Of a DNA stretch of 64,000 bases, positions 27,490 through 36,322 are shown piece by piece. Under the pieces are notes generated by a model that was not told the origin of the DNA, did not search any database, and worked only from the letters and a program-made list of their open reading frames with translations. Location: assembly GCA_947482345.1 (NCBI GenBank), contig CANKJN010000001.1, forward strand, positions 1,558 to 65,557. Direction: 5' to 3'. How positions within the stretch are numbered: position 1 is the stretch's first letter; each line of letters starts with the position of its first letter. The stretch comes from Spartobacteria bacterium. Lineage in GTDB: Bacteria; Verrucomicrobiota; Verrucomicrobiia; Chthoniobacterales; UBA6821. Both the position numbers and the translations under genes were made by a program.

Positions 27490-28170
27490 ATGGTCCACAA
27501 CACCCCCTCCGAAATCAACTACAATGAATCATTTGGAGAGCGCTTGGAACAATGCTATTCGGGCGCCGTCTATGACACGCTGCGCTCCATGGGATATCCG
27601 GATCAGATTCTTCCACGCTCGATTCGCCCGCTGGATCCTCAGAGAGCCATGGCGGGACGGATTTTCACGATCAGCGGTCACGCCGATCACACCGTGGACG
27701 GGCACACCACGCTTCTGGAATGGACGCGCATGTTGTCGCGCGCCCCGAAAAACAGCGTTGTGGTCTGTCAACCAAACGACGACACGCTGGCACACATGGG
27801 AGAATTGTCGGCGGAGACTTTTGTTTACAAGGGAATCCGGGGTTATCTCTGCGACGGGGGATGCCGCGACACGGTCCGCATTCTGGAAACCGGACTGAAA
27901 ACCTGGTTCAGATACCACACCCCGCGCGATGTCGTGGGCCGCTGGGTACCGGATCGCTTCGGAGAACCCATCGTGATCGGCAATGTAAGCATCAGAACCG
28001 GCGACTATATCATGGCCGATCGCGACGGAGCGCTCGTCATACCGCAGGAAATCATTACCGAGGTCACCGAAAAGGTGGAGGAGGTTCTTCGCACTGAAAA
28101 CAAGGTCCGGACAGCCATTCTCCAAGGCGTGGATCCCGTTGAAGCCTACCTTCAACACAGGAAGTTCTGA
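27490..28170 (+). CDS. RraA-like protein (putative 2-keto-4-hydroxy-acid aldolase/decarboxylase family)
   Basis: 226 aa. GAVYDTLRSMG, HMGELSAETFVYKGIRGYLCDGGCRD, GDYIMADRDGALVIP. Confidence 0.8.
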   Translation: MVHNTPSEINYNESFGERLEQCYSGAVYDTLRSMGYPDQILPRSIRPLDPQRAMAGRIFTISGHADHTVDGHTTLLEWTRMLSRAPKNSVVVCQPNDDTLAHMGELSAETFVYKGIRGYLCDGGCRDTVRILETGLKTWFRYHTPRDVVGRWVPDRFGEPIVIGNVSIRTGDYIMADRDGALVIPQEIITEVTEKVEEVLRTENKVRTAILQGVDPVEAYLQHRKF

Positions 28171-28173
28171 ACC

Positions 28174-28479
28174 ATGCAGCCGGCCATCCGCCTTTTCCCC
28201 TCCGATAATATTCTCGTGCTTGTACGCAGTCTCGATGCGGGTGACGAAGTGCTCATCGAGGGAGCGGTCCATATACTCAAGGCATCCCTCGGATTGGGCC
28301 ACAAGATTGCTGCAAAAAAAATCGCCATCGGTGACAGAATTCTCAAATACGGCGCCCCGATTGGCTCTGCAACGGCGGAAATCCAACCAGGCGAGCATGT
28401 TCATTTGCATAACATGAAGAGCGACTACCTGCCTACGTTCACATTGGACAAGGGCTGCGAATTCCATAAAAACCCATGA
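28174..28479 (+). CDS. UxaA-family sugar-acid dehydratase, small (SAF-domain) subunit
   Basis: 101 aa. NILVLVRSLDAGDEV, LGHKIAAKKIAIGDRILKYGAPIG, GEHVHLHN. 4-nt overlap with the next gene. Confidence 0.8.
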   Translation: MQPAIRLFPSDNILVLVRSLDAGDEVLIEGAVHILKASLGLGHKIAAKKIAIGDRILKYGAPIGSATAEIQPGEHVHLHNMKSDYLPTFTLDKGCEFHKNP

Positions 28480-29690
28480 CCCCCCCCATTCTCACGAGCA
28501 ATGCGTTTCTCCGCTCGGACGGACGAAAGGGGATCCGCAACATCGTCACCGTAGTCTATCTGGTCGAGTGCGCGCACCATGTCTCGCGCGAGATTCAAAC
28601 TCCTTTTCGCGACCAGGGCGTTCACCTTCTGGGGTTCAGTGGCTGTTATCCCAATGAATACTCCTTCCGCATGCTGCGCAGCCTTTGCACCCATCCCAAT
28701 GTTGGAGCGGTGCTGCTCGTTTCGTTAGGTTGCGAAGGCTTCAACCGCAAAGGTCTTTTGGAGGCCGTCCGTGCAACGGGACGCCCCGCCGGGTTGCTTG
28801 TTATCCAACAAGCCGGCGGAACCCGATCGACGATCCGGAGCGGACGCGATTGGGTTAGCAAAACACTTCGGGAATTGGAATCGACTCCACGCACCACGAT
28901 GGCGCTCAACGAACTCGTGGTTGGAACCGTATGCGGAGGGAGCGACGGCACAAGCGGCATCACCGCAAACCCGGCAATCGGGCGCGCTTTCGACCGATTG
29001 GTCTCGGAAGAGGCCTGCTGCATTTTTGAGGAAACCGGTGAACTGATCGGGTGCGAACAAATCATGGTCTCGCGGGCAGTCACGCCTGAACTCGGAAGGA
29101 TTCTTGATGAGTCCGTGGTAAAGGCCGCCCGTTATTATGCAACCCTTGGTCACGGCAGCTTCGCGCCCGGCAATGCCGATGGAGGATTGACCACCCAGGA
29201 GGAAAAAAGCATGGGGGCCTACTCCAAGAGCGGATCCTCCCCGATTTCCGGACTGATCAAACCGGGGGATGTTCCCCGCAAGGGCGGTCTTTACCTCCTC
29301 GATGTCGTCCCGGACGGTGAGGTGCGGTTCGGATTTCCAAACATCAATGACAATGCCGAGATTGCGGAACTCATCGCCTGCGGCTCACATGTGATCCTTT
29401 TCGCCACCGGGCGGGGATCAGTCGTCGGTTCGGCAATCTCTCCGGTGATCAAAGTCTGCGCGAATCCGGAAACTTTTCTGAATCTTCCGGAGGACATGGA
29501 TGTGAATGCGGGGCGGATTCTTGAGGGCGAGTCGAATCTTGATCAAGTGGGGGACGAAATCCATGGCTTGATAAAACGCATCGCCGATGGTCAGCCAACG
29601 GCCTCGGAATCCCTCAACCACCAGGAGTTCGTTCTCGGCTACAAGAGCTTCGAACCGGTCGGCCCAACATGTCACCCAACCTACCAATGA
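28476..29690 (+). CDS. UxaA-family sugar-acid dehydratase, large subunit
   Basis: 404 aa. GIRNIVTVVYLVECAHHV, LLVSLGCEG, GTVCGGSDGTSGITANPA, ILFATGRGSVVG. Confidence 0.85.
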   Translation: MTPPILTSNAFLRSDGRKGIRNIVTVVYLVECAHHVSREIQTPFRDQGVHLLGFSGCYPNEYSFRMLRSLCTHPNVGAVLLVSLGCEGFNRKGLLEAVRATGRPAGLLVIQQAGGTRSTIRSGRDWVSKTLRELESTPRTTMALNELVVGTVCGGSDGTSGITANPAIGRAFDRLVSEEACCIFEETGELIGCEQIMVSRAVTPELGRILDESVVKAARYYATLGHGSFAPGNADGGLTTQEEKSMGAYSKSGSSPISGLIKPGDVPRKGGLYLLDVVPDGEVRFGFPNINDNAEIAELIACGSHVILFATGRGSVVGSAISPVIKVCANPETFLNLPEDMDVNAGRILEGESNLDQVGDEIHGLIKRIADGQPTASESLNHQEFVLGYKSFEPVGPTCHPTYQ

Positions 29691-30493
29691 ACCTCCAACT
29701 CTCGGACAAGGTTATCCTCATAACCGGCGGCGCCAAAGGAATCGGCGAGGGAATCACAAATGCCTTCGCTGAAGAAGGAGCCATCGCCTGCATTCTGGGA
29801 CGCAATCCAAAGGAAGCGGCTGCAATTATGGAAAAACAGACGGCCAGGGGAAATCGTGTCGAGTCGTATGCCATCGAAATGACGGATGACTCGACGATTC
29901 GGGAAGCTGTATCCCGGATCGCCCTCAAACACGGACACATCGACGCTGTCATCAACAATGCGGGCGGAAACGATGCAATCGGACTTCGCCATGGCCCGGA
30001 GGATTTCCGCCGTTCATTGGAGAAGAATATCGTCTCCTGTTTTTCCCTGATTCATCACGCTCTGGACCACCTCATCGCCTCGCGTGGCGTCATCATCAAC
30101 ATCGGCTCCAAATGCTCCGTGACCGGACAGGGCGGCACGAGCGGCTATGCGGCAAGCAAAGGCGCGATGAACGCACTGACGCGGGAGTGGGCCCTGGACC
30201 TTGCACCCCACGGCATCAGAGTTAATTGCGTTCTTCCCGCCGAGGTCATCACCCCGCTCTATGAACGCTGGTTGGCACAGGCTCCCGATCCCGCCGTTGC
30301 CCGGGAGCAACTCAACCGCACGATTCCACTGGAACGCCGCACGACAACCGTGGAGGAAATCGCGGACACCGTCGTTTTCCTCACCTCCCCGAAATCATCC
30401 CACACCACCGGCCAACTGATCTTTGTCGACGGCGGCTACGTTCACCTCGACCGTGCCTGCACCCAGCCTACATCACACTTGAAAGCCTCGTGA
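29687..30493 (+). CDS. SDR-family oxidoreductase (putative sugar 1-dehydrogenase)
   Basis: Start MNLQLSDKVILITGGAKGIGEG, in an ATGA overlap with the upstream stop. Catalytic YAASKGA. Confidence 0.85.
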   Translation: MNLQLSDKVILITGGAKGIGEGITNAFAEEGAIACILGRNPKEAAAIMEKQTARGNRVESYAIEMTDDSTIREAVSRIALKHGHIDAVINNAGGNDAIGLRHGPEDFRRSLEKNIVSCFSLIHHALDHLIASRGVIINIGSKCSVTGQGGTSGYAASKGAMNALTREWALDLAPHGIRVNCVLPAEVITPLYERWLAQAPDPAVAREQLNRTIPLERRTTTVEEIADTVVFLTSPKSSHTTGQLIFVDGGYVHLDRACTQPTSHLKAS

Positions 30494-30503
30494 AATAATA
30501 CCG

Positions 30504-30827
30504 ATGAAACGCATTGGTTCACTCATCCGCCTCCTCCCCGAGAAATACCAGGAATACAAAGCCCTCCACGCCGCAGTCTGGCCTGAGATTCTGGCAAAGA
30601 TCACCTGCCACGGGATTCGGAACTACTCAATCTACCACAAGGATGGTTTTTTATTTTCCTACTTTGAATACGTTGGCAGCAACTTTGACGCCGACATGGC
30701 AAAGATGGCCGCTGATCCTAAAATTCAGGAATGGTGGCAACTTTGCAAACCCTGCCAGAACCCACTCGACTCCCGCTGGGCAGGCGAATGGTGGGCTGAC
30801 ATGGAGGAGCTTTTTCACTGCGACTGA
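30504..30827 (+). CDS. L-rhamnose-mutarotase-family protein (6-deoxyhexose mutarotase)
   Basis: 107 aa. MKRIGSLIRLLPEKYQEYKALHAAVWPEIL, IRNYSIYHKDGFLFSYFEY, EWWADMEELFH. Confidence 0.85.
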   Translation: MKRIGSLIRLLPEKYQEYKALHAAVWPEILAKITCHGIRNYSIYHKDGFLFSYFEYVGSNFDADMAKMAADPKIQEWWQLCKPCQNPLDSRWAGEWWADMEELFHCD

Positions 30828-30854
30828 AGGGGGTCCCGTCTGGGATAAATCGAC

Positions 30855-31709
30855 ATGATCGACACTCATCAACATCTGATCCATCCCGACAGATTCACCT
30901 ACTCATGGGCGGATGACATACCTGTATTGCATGGTCCGTTCCGCCTTCAGGAATACAAAAAAGCCGCCCACCCGACCGCGTTCGAAGGGAGCCTCTTCAT
31001 GGAGGTCGATGTCGATGAGGCCCAATCAGCGGATGAAGCGCGATTTTTCTGCCAACTTGCCGAAATTCCCTCCAACCGGATTCTCGGTGTGATTGCTGCA
31101 GCAAGGCCTGAAAAGGATGACTTTGCACATTATCTCGATTCCATAGCGCATGAGCGCGTTGTCGGCATCCGCCGCGTGCTCCACACCCAGCACGACGATC
31201 TTTCGGTAAGCCCGCTTTTCCGGAAAAACATCCGCCATCTGGCTGCCAGGAACCTCACATTCGACCTCTGCGTTCTCCAGCGCCAACTCCCATTGGCACT
31301 TGAACTCGTCAGGTCAGCACCGGATGTTTTCTTCGTGCTCGACCACTGCGGCGCACCTGACATCGCTGGCAACAATGCCGCCGACGGGACGGGATGGAAC
31401 CATTGGAAATCCGGGGTCAAAAGCCTGGCCTCATGTCCGAATGTCTTCGGCAAAATCTCCGGCCTCACCGTTTATGCCCCGGAAAATCTCCGAACCACCG
31501 ACGGTCTCGCCCCCTACTTCCTCACCATGCTTGAAGCCTTCGGTCCCGACCGCCTGGTTTGGGGCGGGGACTGGCCCGTCGTGAACCTCGGTTCCGGTCT
31601 TCCCGGATGGATTGACATCACCACCGAACTCCTCTCCCCCCTTACCATCACAGAAAGGGAAAACATCCTTTCACGGAACGCGCGCTCCATTTATCGCATC
31701 CCATCATGA
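30855..31709 (+). CDS. Amidohydrolase-2 family lactonase (fuconolactonase-like)
   Basis: 284 aa. MIDTHQHLIHPDRFTYSW, FVLDHCGAPD, LVWGGDWPV. Confidence 0.8.
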   Translation: MIDTHQHLIHPDRFTYSWADDIPVLHGPFRLQEYKKAAHPTAFEGSLFMEVDVDEAQSADEARFFCQLAEIPSNRILGVIAAARPEKDDFAHYLDSIAHERVVGIRRVLHTQHDDLSVSPLFRKNIRHLAARNLTFDLCVLQRQLPLALELVRSAPDVFFVLDHCGAPDIAGNNAADGTGWNHWKSGVKSLASCPNVFGKISGLTVYAPENLRTTDGLAPYFLTMLEAFGPDRLVWGGDWPVVNLGSGLPGWIDITTELLSPLTITERENILSRNARSIYRIPS

Positions 31710-32473
31710 GTCAGAAATGTTTCCAAAATCAAATCGCGGTCGTCACCGGCGGAGGTTCCGGAATTGGCCGTGCCGTGACGCTCCGCCTTGCCTCGGAAGG
31801 CGCCGAGGTTCACATCCTCGAGTTATCCCGTGATGGCGCCGAGGAAACCCTGGATCTCGTTCAGAAAGCAGGCGGCACCGCCCGTGCCATCGAAGCCGAT
31901 GTTTCCGATACAAAATCCGTTCGCGCTGCATTCGCCCGACTGTCACGCCTCGACATTCTGGTGAACAATGCCGGCGTCGCCCATGTCGGCAATGTGCTCC
32001 AGACGGAGCCAGGGGATCTCGATCGCCTATACAACATCAATGTGCGCGGCGTTTATCACTGCCTCCATTTTGGAATCCCGCTCATGCTGAAAAACTCCTC
32101 AGGCAGCATCGTGAACCTTGCCTCCATCGCCTCAAAAGTCGGTATTCCTGAACGGTTCGCCTACAGCATGACCAAGGGATCTGTGCTCTCCATGACACTC
32201 TCGGTTGCCCGCGATTTCGTGGGGCAGGGCATTCGATGCAATTGCGTTTGTCCGGCCCGCGTCCACACTCCCTTCGTGGATGGATTCCTTGCCAAAAACT
32301 ACCCAGGTCAGGAAACCGAGATGTTCGCCAAACTCTCTGCTGGCCAACCCATCGGACGTATGGGCACGCCGGATGAGATCGCCGCGCTCATCTCCTTCCT
32401 CTCCTCAAAAGACGCGGCCTTCATCACGGGTTCCGCCTACGATATAGACGGAGGTTTTACTCTTTTACGCTAA
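31706..32473 (+). CDS. SDR-family oxidoreductase (putative 2-keto-3-deoxy-sugar-acid 4-dehydrogenase)
   Basis: 255 aa. VTGGGSGIGRAV, NNAGV, YSMTKGS. 4-nt overlap with the upstream gene. Confidence 0.85.
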   Translation: MSQKCFQNQIAVVTGGGSGIGRAVTLRLASEGAEVHILELSRDGAEETLDLVQKAGGTARAIEADVSDTKSVRAAFARLSRLDILVNNAGVAHVGNVLQTEPGDLDRLYNINVRGVYHCLHFGIPLMLKNSSGSIVNLASIASKVGIPERFAYSMTKGSVLSMTLSVARDFVGQGIRCNCVCPARVHTPFVDGFLAKNYPGQETEMFAKLSAGQPIGRMGTPDEIAALISFLSSKDAAFITGSAYDIDGGFTLLR

Positions 32474-32485
32474 CAAACTACACTT

Positions 32486-33346
32486 ATGAAACTCATCAAA
32501 TTCGGTTCACCAGGCTCGGAAAAAACCGGAGTTATCCTTGAAAACGGAAAAACCATCGATGTCTCCACCTTTACCCCGGACTACAACGAGGCCTTTTTCG
32601 AATCCAATGGCCTCTCACGCCTTTCACAATGGCTCAAAAACAACGCTGCTTCGGCTCCCGAGGTTCCCCCCGGAATCCGACTCGGTTCACCCATCGGCCG
32701 TCCAAGCAAGATCATTTGCATCGGCCTGAATTACAGCGACCATGCAAAGGAAAGCGGCATGGCCGTGCCGGCCGAGCCGATTATCTTTTTCAAATCCACA
32801 ACGGCGATCACCGGACCCAACGACGAACTCCTCATCCCGCAAGGATCCAAAAAAACCGATTGGGAAGTAGAACTCGCCGTGGTGATCGGAAAAACAGCGC
32901 GTTCCATCAAGGAGGAACATGCCCTCGAACATGTTGGCGGCTACATGCTCCACAATGACTACAGCGAACGGGAGTGGCAACTGGAGCGCGGCGGTCAATG
33001 GGTCAAAGGAAAAAGCGCCGATACCTTCGCCCCCTTCGGTCCTTGGCTGACAACTCCCGACGAGCTTCCCGACCCCCACAATCTCCGCCTATGGCTTTCT
33101 GTCAACGGGGTGATGAAGCAGGACGGCAACAGCCGCAACCTGATTTTCAGAATTCCTCATCTGGTGAGCTACCTCAGCCACTTCATGACCCTGCTTCCGG
33201 GCGATGTCATCTCGACTGGCACACCCGCGGGTGTCGGCCTTGGGTTCACCCCCCCTCAGTATCTAGTTGCCGGAGATGTTGTCGAACTCGGCATAGACGG
33301 CCTGGGAACTCAAAGGCAAACCGCGTCAGCTCTTACACTCGCCTAG
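32486..33346 (+). CDS. Fumarylacetoacetate-hydrolase-family protein (putative diketo-acid hydrolase)
   Basis: 286 aa. KIICIGLNYSDHAKE, WEVELAVVIGK, GDVISTGTPAGVG. Confidence 0.88.
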   Translation: MKLIKFGSPGSEKTGVILENGKTIDVSTFTPDYNEAFFESNGLSRLSQWLKNNAASAPEVPPGIRLGSPIGRPSKIICIGLNYSDHAKESGMAVPAEPIIFFKSTTAITGPNDELLIPQGSKKTDWEVELAVVIGKTARSIKEEHALEHVGGYMLHNDYSEREWQLERGGQWVKGKSADTFAPFGPWLTTPDELPDPHNLRLWLSVNGVMKQDGNSRNLIFRIPHLVSYLSHFMTLLPGDVISTGTPAGVGLGFTPPQYLVAGDVVELGIDGLGTQRQTASALTLA

Positions 33347-33558
33347 GGAACCGCTGATTTAAAGATGGCTGGATCACTTGAGTTGACTTTTCTTCTCCAT
33401 TTTTTCCTGATTTCCAGGTTAATACTTCGGACCTCTTTCCATGCAGATGTTCCCACCCTTCGGTTCCAGGGGTCCAACATACATTGCAGAGTATGGGTTG
33501 AACCCTCTCCCCTCCCTGCATTGACACCTTTCCGGCCAACGGCTTTCATCCTCACCGC

Positions 33559-34125
33559 ATGGGATCACCAATCGACTCCTTTTTCAGGACGTTTCTGACG
33601 GCCGCCATGATCCTCACAGCGGGATCCTTCCTCCTTCTTCTGGGAGGATGTGCCGCCCCCGAACCTCCCCAGGTCAACCTCGAGAAGGCGAATGTCCTGC
33701 CGCTGGCGATCAACCCCGATTTCGTCTTCCGCAAGAAGACCCAGTTCCTGAACGATCCCAAGACCTTTCCTAAGGCGGCGGCCCAGCAGAGCGAGGCGAT
33801 CGACTTTGAGCGGCGTTACCGGATGTGGCCCGCTACGACCGCCCTCGACATGCAGGCCCTCACCGGAAACTACCTCACCTTCTACTGGTGGAACCGGGGC
33901 CAACCCGCCGATGTCACCGTGCGGCTGGAGTACCGCCAGGCCAATCTCGGCAACTTCGTCATGGCACGTGAGAAGAGCTACTCCAACGTGAAAGGTTCGA
34001 CCAAAACCGAGTTCACCATCATCGGTGACGACTACCTCGAGAACGGACCGGTCACCAACTGGCGCTGCCTCCTCATCGTGGATGGCAGGATCGTCGGCCT
34101 GACCCAGTCCTATCTCTGGAAATAA
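33559..34125 (+). CDS. Hypothetical lipoprotein
   Basis: 188 aa. Signal peptide with lipobox LLLGGC. Composition normal for this genome. Confidence 0.6.
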   Translation: MGSPIDSFFRTFLTAAMILTAGSFLLLLGGCAAPEPPQVNLEKANVLPLAINPDFVFRKKTQFLNDPKTFPKAAAQQSEAIDFERRYRMWPATTALDMQALTGNYLTFYWWNRGQPADVTVRLEYRQANLGNFVMAREKSYSNVKGSTKTEFTIIGDDYLENGPVTNWRCLLIVDGRIVGLTQSYLWK

Positions 34126-34135
34126 CCCCCCCGAC

Positions 34136-34840
34136 ATGCTCCCCGACATCGAAAAACTCCTCACCCTCCAGGACCGCGACCAGAAGCTGCGCGCCGTCCT
34201 GACCGAGATTGCAGCCCTCCCCGCCGAGAAGGCGACCCGCGACCGAGAGCTCAAGGCCGCGGACGACCGACTCGAAGCGGCCCGGACGCGCCAGAAGGAG
34301 ATCGAGGTCGAGCGCAAGAGGCTCCAGGGCGAGGTCAAGGCGAAGCAGGACCAGATCGCCCGTTATAAGAACCAGCAGCTCGAGACCCGCAAGAACGAGG
34401 AGTTCTCCGCCCTGCGCCACGAGATCGAAGTCGCCGAGAAGGCCGTCACCGAACTCGAGGACAAGGAACTCGTCCTCATGGAGGAGGCCGAGAGCCTCAA
34501 GCCCGCGCTGGAAGCCGCGCAGGAGGCCCACGCCGCGGAGAAGAAGAAAGTCGAGAGCCACATGGCCTCGCTCACCGCGCGCAAGGAGAACCTCGATGCC
34601 CGTCAGAAGGAGCTCGAAACCGAGCGCCCCCGCTTCACCGAAGGAATCGAGGAAGATCTCCTCGACCGCTACAACAGACTCTTCAAGAGCAAGAACGGCG
34701 TCGCACTCGTCACCGTGGAGCACGAAGTCTGCACAGGCTGCCACATGAAGGTCACCCATCAGGCCATCCTCGAAGTGAAGGCCGAGAAGGAGATCATCGG
34801 CTGCCCGCAGTGTGGACGTATTCTCTACGAACCCAAATAG
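34136..34840 (+). CDS. Coiled-coil protein with C-terminal zinc ribbon (COG1579/DUF164-like)
   Basis: 234 aa. Long heptad-like E/K/L-rich region, then CTGCHMKV...CPQCGRILY. Confidence 0.8.
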   Translation: MLPDIEKLLTLQDRDQKLRAVLTEIAALPAEKATRDRELKAADDRLEAARTRQKEIEVERKRLQGEVKAKQDQIARYKNQQLETRKNEEFSALRHEIEVAEKAVTELEDKELVLMEEAESLKPALEAAQEAHAAEKKKVESHMASLTARKENLDARQKELETERPRFTEGIEEDLLDRYNRLFKSKNGVALVTVEHEVCTGCHMKVTHQAILEVKAEKEIIGCPQCGRILYEPK

Positions 34841-35199
34841 TTTGGGGCTTGTGAGAGTTGGCGGATAGCGGCGTTGCCGCTCGCTTGCAGTAGTTCACTA
34901 CAGCGGCACTCGCGCGCCTTGCTCTCCATCCAATCTCTCTGCGCCTAAAGCCTAGCAAAATTTAAACCCGAACTCTGAAGATTAGAGAGATGCGTTGGTG
35001 TTAAGATGGTGGTCGATAGAAGTTGCGGGGATCCGTTCCCACCTTCAGTTTTTAGCATCCCTGCACCCAACGGGCTCGCTACGTTGGAGCGCGAGTTCAT
35101 TGGTGCGCTGGAGGTGGCAATCGGATTCTCACCGATTCGGGAGCTTTCACTCCCGACCCAATTGGATGCCACCCCGCAGCCGCCCACCATCAGGCGGGA

Positions 35200-35352
35200 C
35201 TACATCTCGCTCTGGACAGCTCTGGCGCCCTTGCTGACACCTCGGCCTGTGGCACTGACGTCCTGACCGACGCCCCTAATGGTGTTACAACCCGTAAGGG
35301 TGGCAGCAGCGAGGATGACCAGGGCTAGCATGGTTAGTGTGGTTGTTTTCAT
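35200..35352 (-). CDS. Entericidin EcnA/B-like small lipoprotein (50 aa; not in ORF track)
   Basis: My own translation: MKTTTLTMLALVILAAATLTGCNTIRGVGQDVSATGRGVSKGARAVQSEM, followed by a stop. Lipobox LTGC followed by a Gly-rich amphipathic tail. An in-frame alternative ATG lies at 35379. Confidence 0.6.
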   Translation of the reverse strand: MKTTTLTMLALVILAAATLTGCNTIRGVGQDVSATGRGVSKGARAVQSEM

Positions 35353-35428
35353 GGCATTGGATGTGGTGGATTGTTTCATACGCAGCAGTTATCCCACACC
35401 CCTCGACCGCTTTCCATTGGTAGAAGCA

Positions 35429-35711
35429 CTTAGAGACTGTCTGAAACCTTGGGAGAGCCGCGTTGGCGGGGATTTTTCCGTTGGTCAAGAAGGGGGGCGG
35501 GCGGCAATACCCGTGCGGTCTTGTCCCGTCCGATCCGACACTGGCCAAAGGGAAAAGCCACCCAACCCTCCGGGCGAGAGCAAGGGAAGCTGTCTGGCTG
35601 CGTTACCCGCTCGGTCAAAGCCCGCTGCGGGGATTCTCCCTCGCAGGTGCCTGACCATCCAACCCCCCTTGCTCTCGCGCGGCATTCCCCAGTCTTCAGA
35701 CAGTCTCTTAG
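35429..35711. repeat. Nested long-range inverted repeats (candidate structured RNA or MITE-like element)
   Basis: Outer arms CTTAGAGACTGTCTGAA (35429-35445) and TTCAGACAGTCTCTTAG (35695-35711) pair at 16 of 17 positions. Inner arms GCGAGAGCAAGGG (35574-35586) and CCCTTGCTCTCGC (35666-35678) pair at 13 of 13. A further small hairpin lies around 35625-35646. Confidence 0.5.
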
Positions 35712-35812
35712 GTCCACTGTTCGACCGAAAAACTGTACAAGCCAATTGCTTAGCCATGTCTAATCGTTTCCGCCCATAGCGTGGAGACTCTTGCGGAAGT
35801 AACTTTTTTTTC

Positions 35813-35998
35813 ATGAAAGCAATACTTACGACCTGCATCTGTAGCCTGATCCTCACCATATCGCTGACCTCGTGCTTCTCACTTAGCACCACGAGGACAA
35901 CGAATCCCACACCCTACACCACGACGACGGTATCCCAGCAGAACAGGGGCGTCTTCCAGAAGCCGTACACGACCACCACGCGCAGCGTCACCTATTGA
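35813..35998 (+). CDS. Possible Thr-rich small lipoprotein
   Basis: 61 aa. Signal with lipobox LTSC, then Thr-rich repeats (PYTTTT twice). AT-rich context. Weak support. Confidence 0.35.
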   Translation: MKAILTTCICSLILTISLTSCFSLSTTRTTNPTPYTTTTVSQQNRGVFQKPYTTTTRSVTY

Positions 35999-36047
35999 GC
36001 GGATAACGCGTCCCCAGCCAATACTAAATCCTCCAACCTCTAGAACC

Positions 36048-36197
36048 ATGCTCTACACGATCGCCCTGGTTTTAATCATCCTTTGGTTGCTCGGCCTCGT
36101 CAGCAGTTACACGATGGGTGGATTCATTCATATCCTGCTGGTCGTCGCCTTGGTGGTGCTGCTTGTCCGGATCATCCAGGGGAATCGGATACCCTGA
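36048..36197 (+). CDS. lmo0937-family small membrane protein (49 aa; not in ORF track)
   Basis: My own translation: MLYTIALVLIILWLLGLVSSYTMGGFIHILLVVALVVLLVRIIQGNRIP, followed by a stop. It matches the widespread two-helix lmo0937-type pattern as I remember it. Confidence 0.65.
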   Translation: MLYTIALVLIILWLLGLVSSYTMGGFIHILLVVALVVLLVRIIQGNRIP

Positions 36198-36322
36198 GTT
36201 CTGTCACGGAGTGAACAAGTGAAACGTAGAAAGTGAAGGGGTAAAAGGGAAACCAACAAGGAGAATACCCCGACAAGGCGTTATAGATTAGGAATTCAGG
36301 ATTATAGAAATGGAGCGGCTAT

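Noticed and set aside
27529-28467. 312-aa minus-strand ORF in the sugar-acid island
   Set aside because: Antisense to the RraA-like and UxaA small-subunit genes, which have family motifs and operon-consistent overlaps. No motifs of its own.
34841-35800. Large gene-poor segment checked for housekeeping RNAs (RNase P RNA, tmRNA, SRP RNA, 6S)
   Set aside because: I could not find the conserved cores I know on either strand, such as GGAAAGTCCGG and ACAGAACCCGGCTTA for RNase P, or a tRNA-like GGTTCGA..CCA 3' end for tmRNA. Only the small ecn-like ORF and the inverted-repeat element are reported. A covariance-model scan is still needed.
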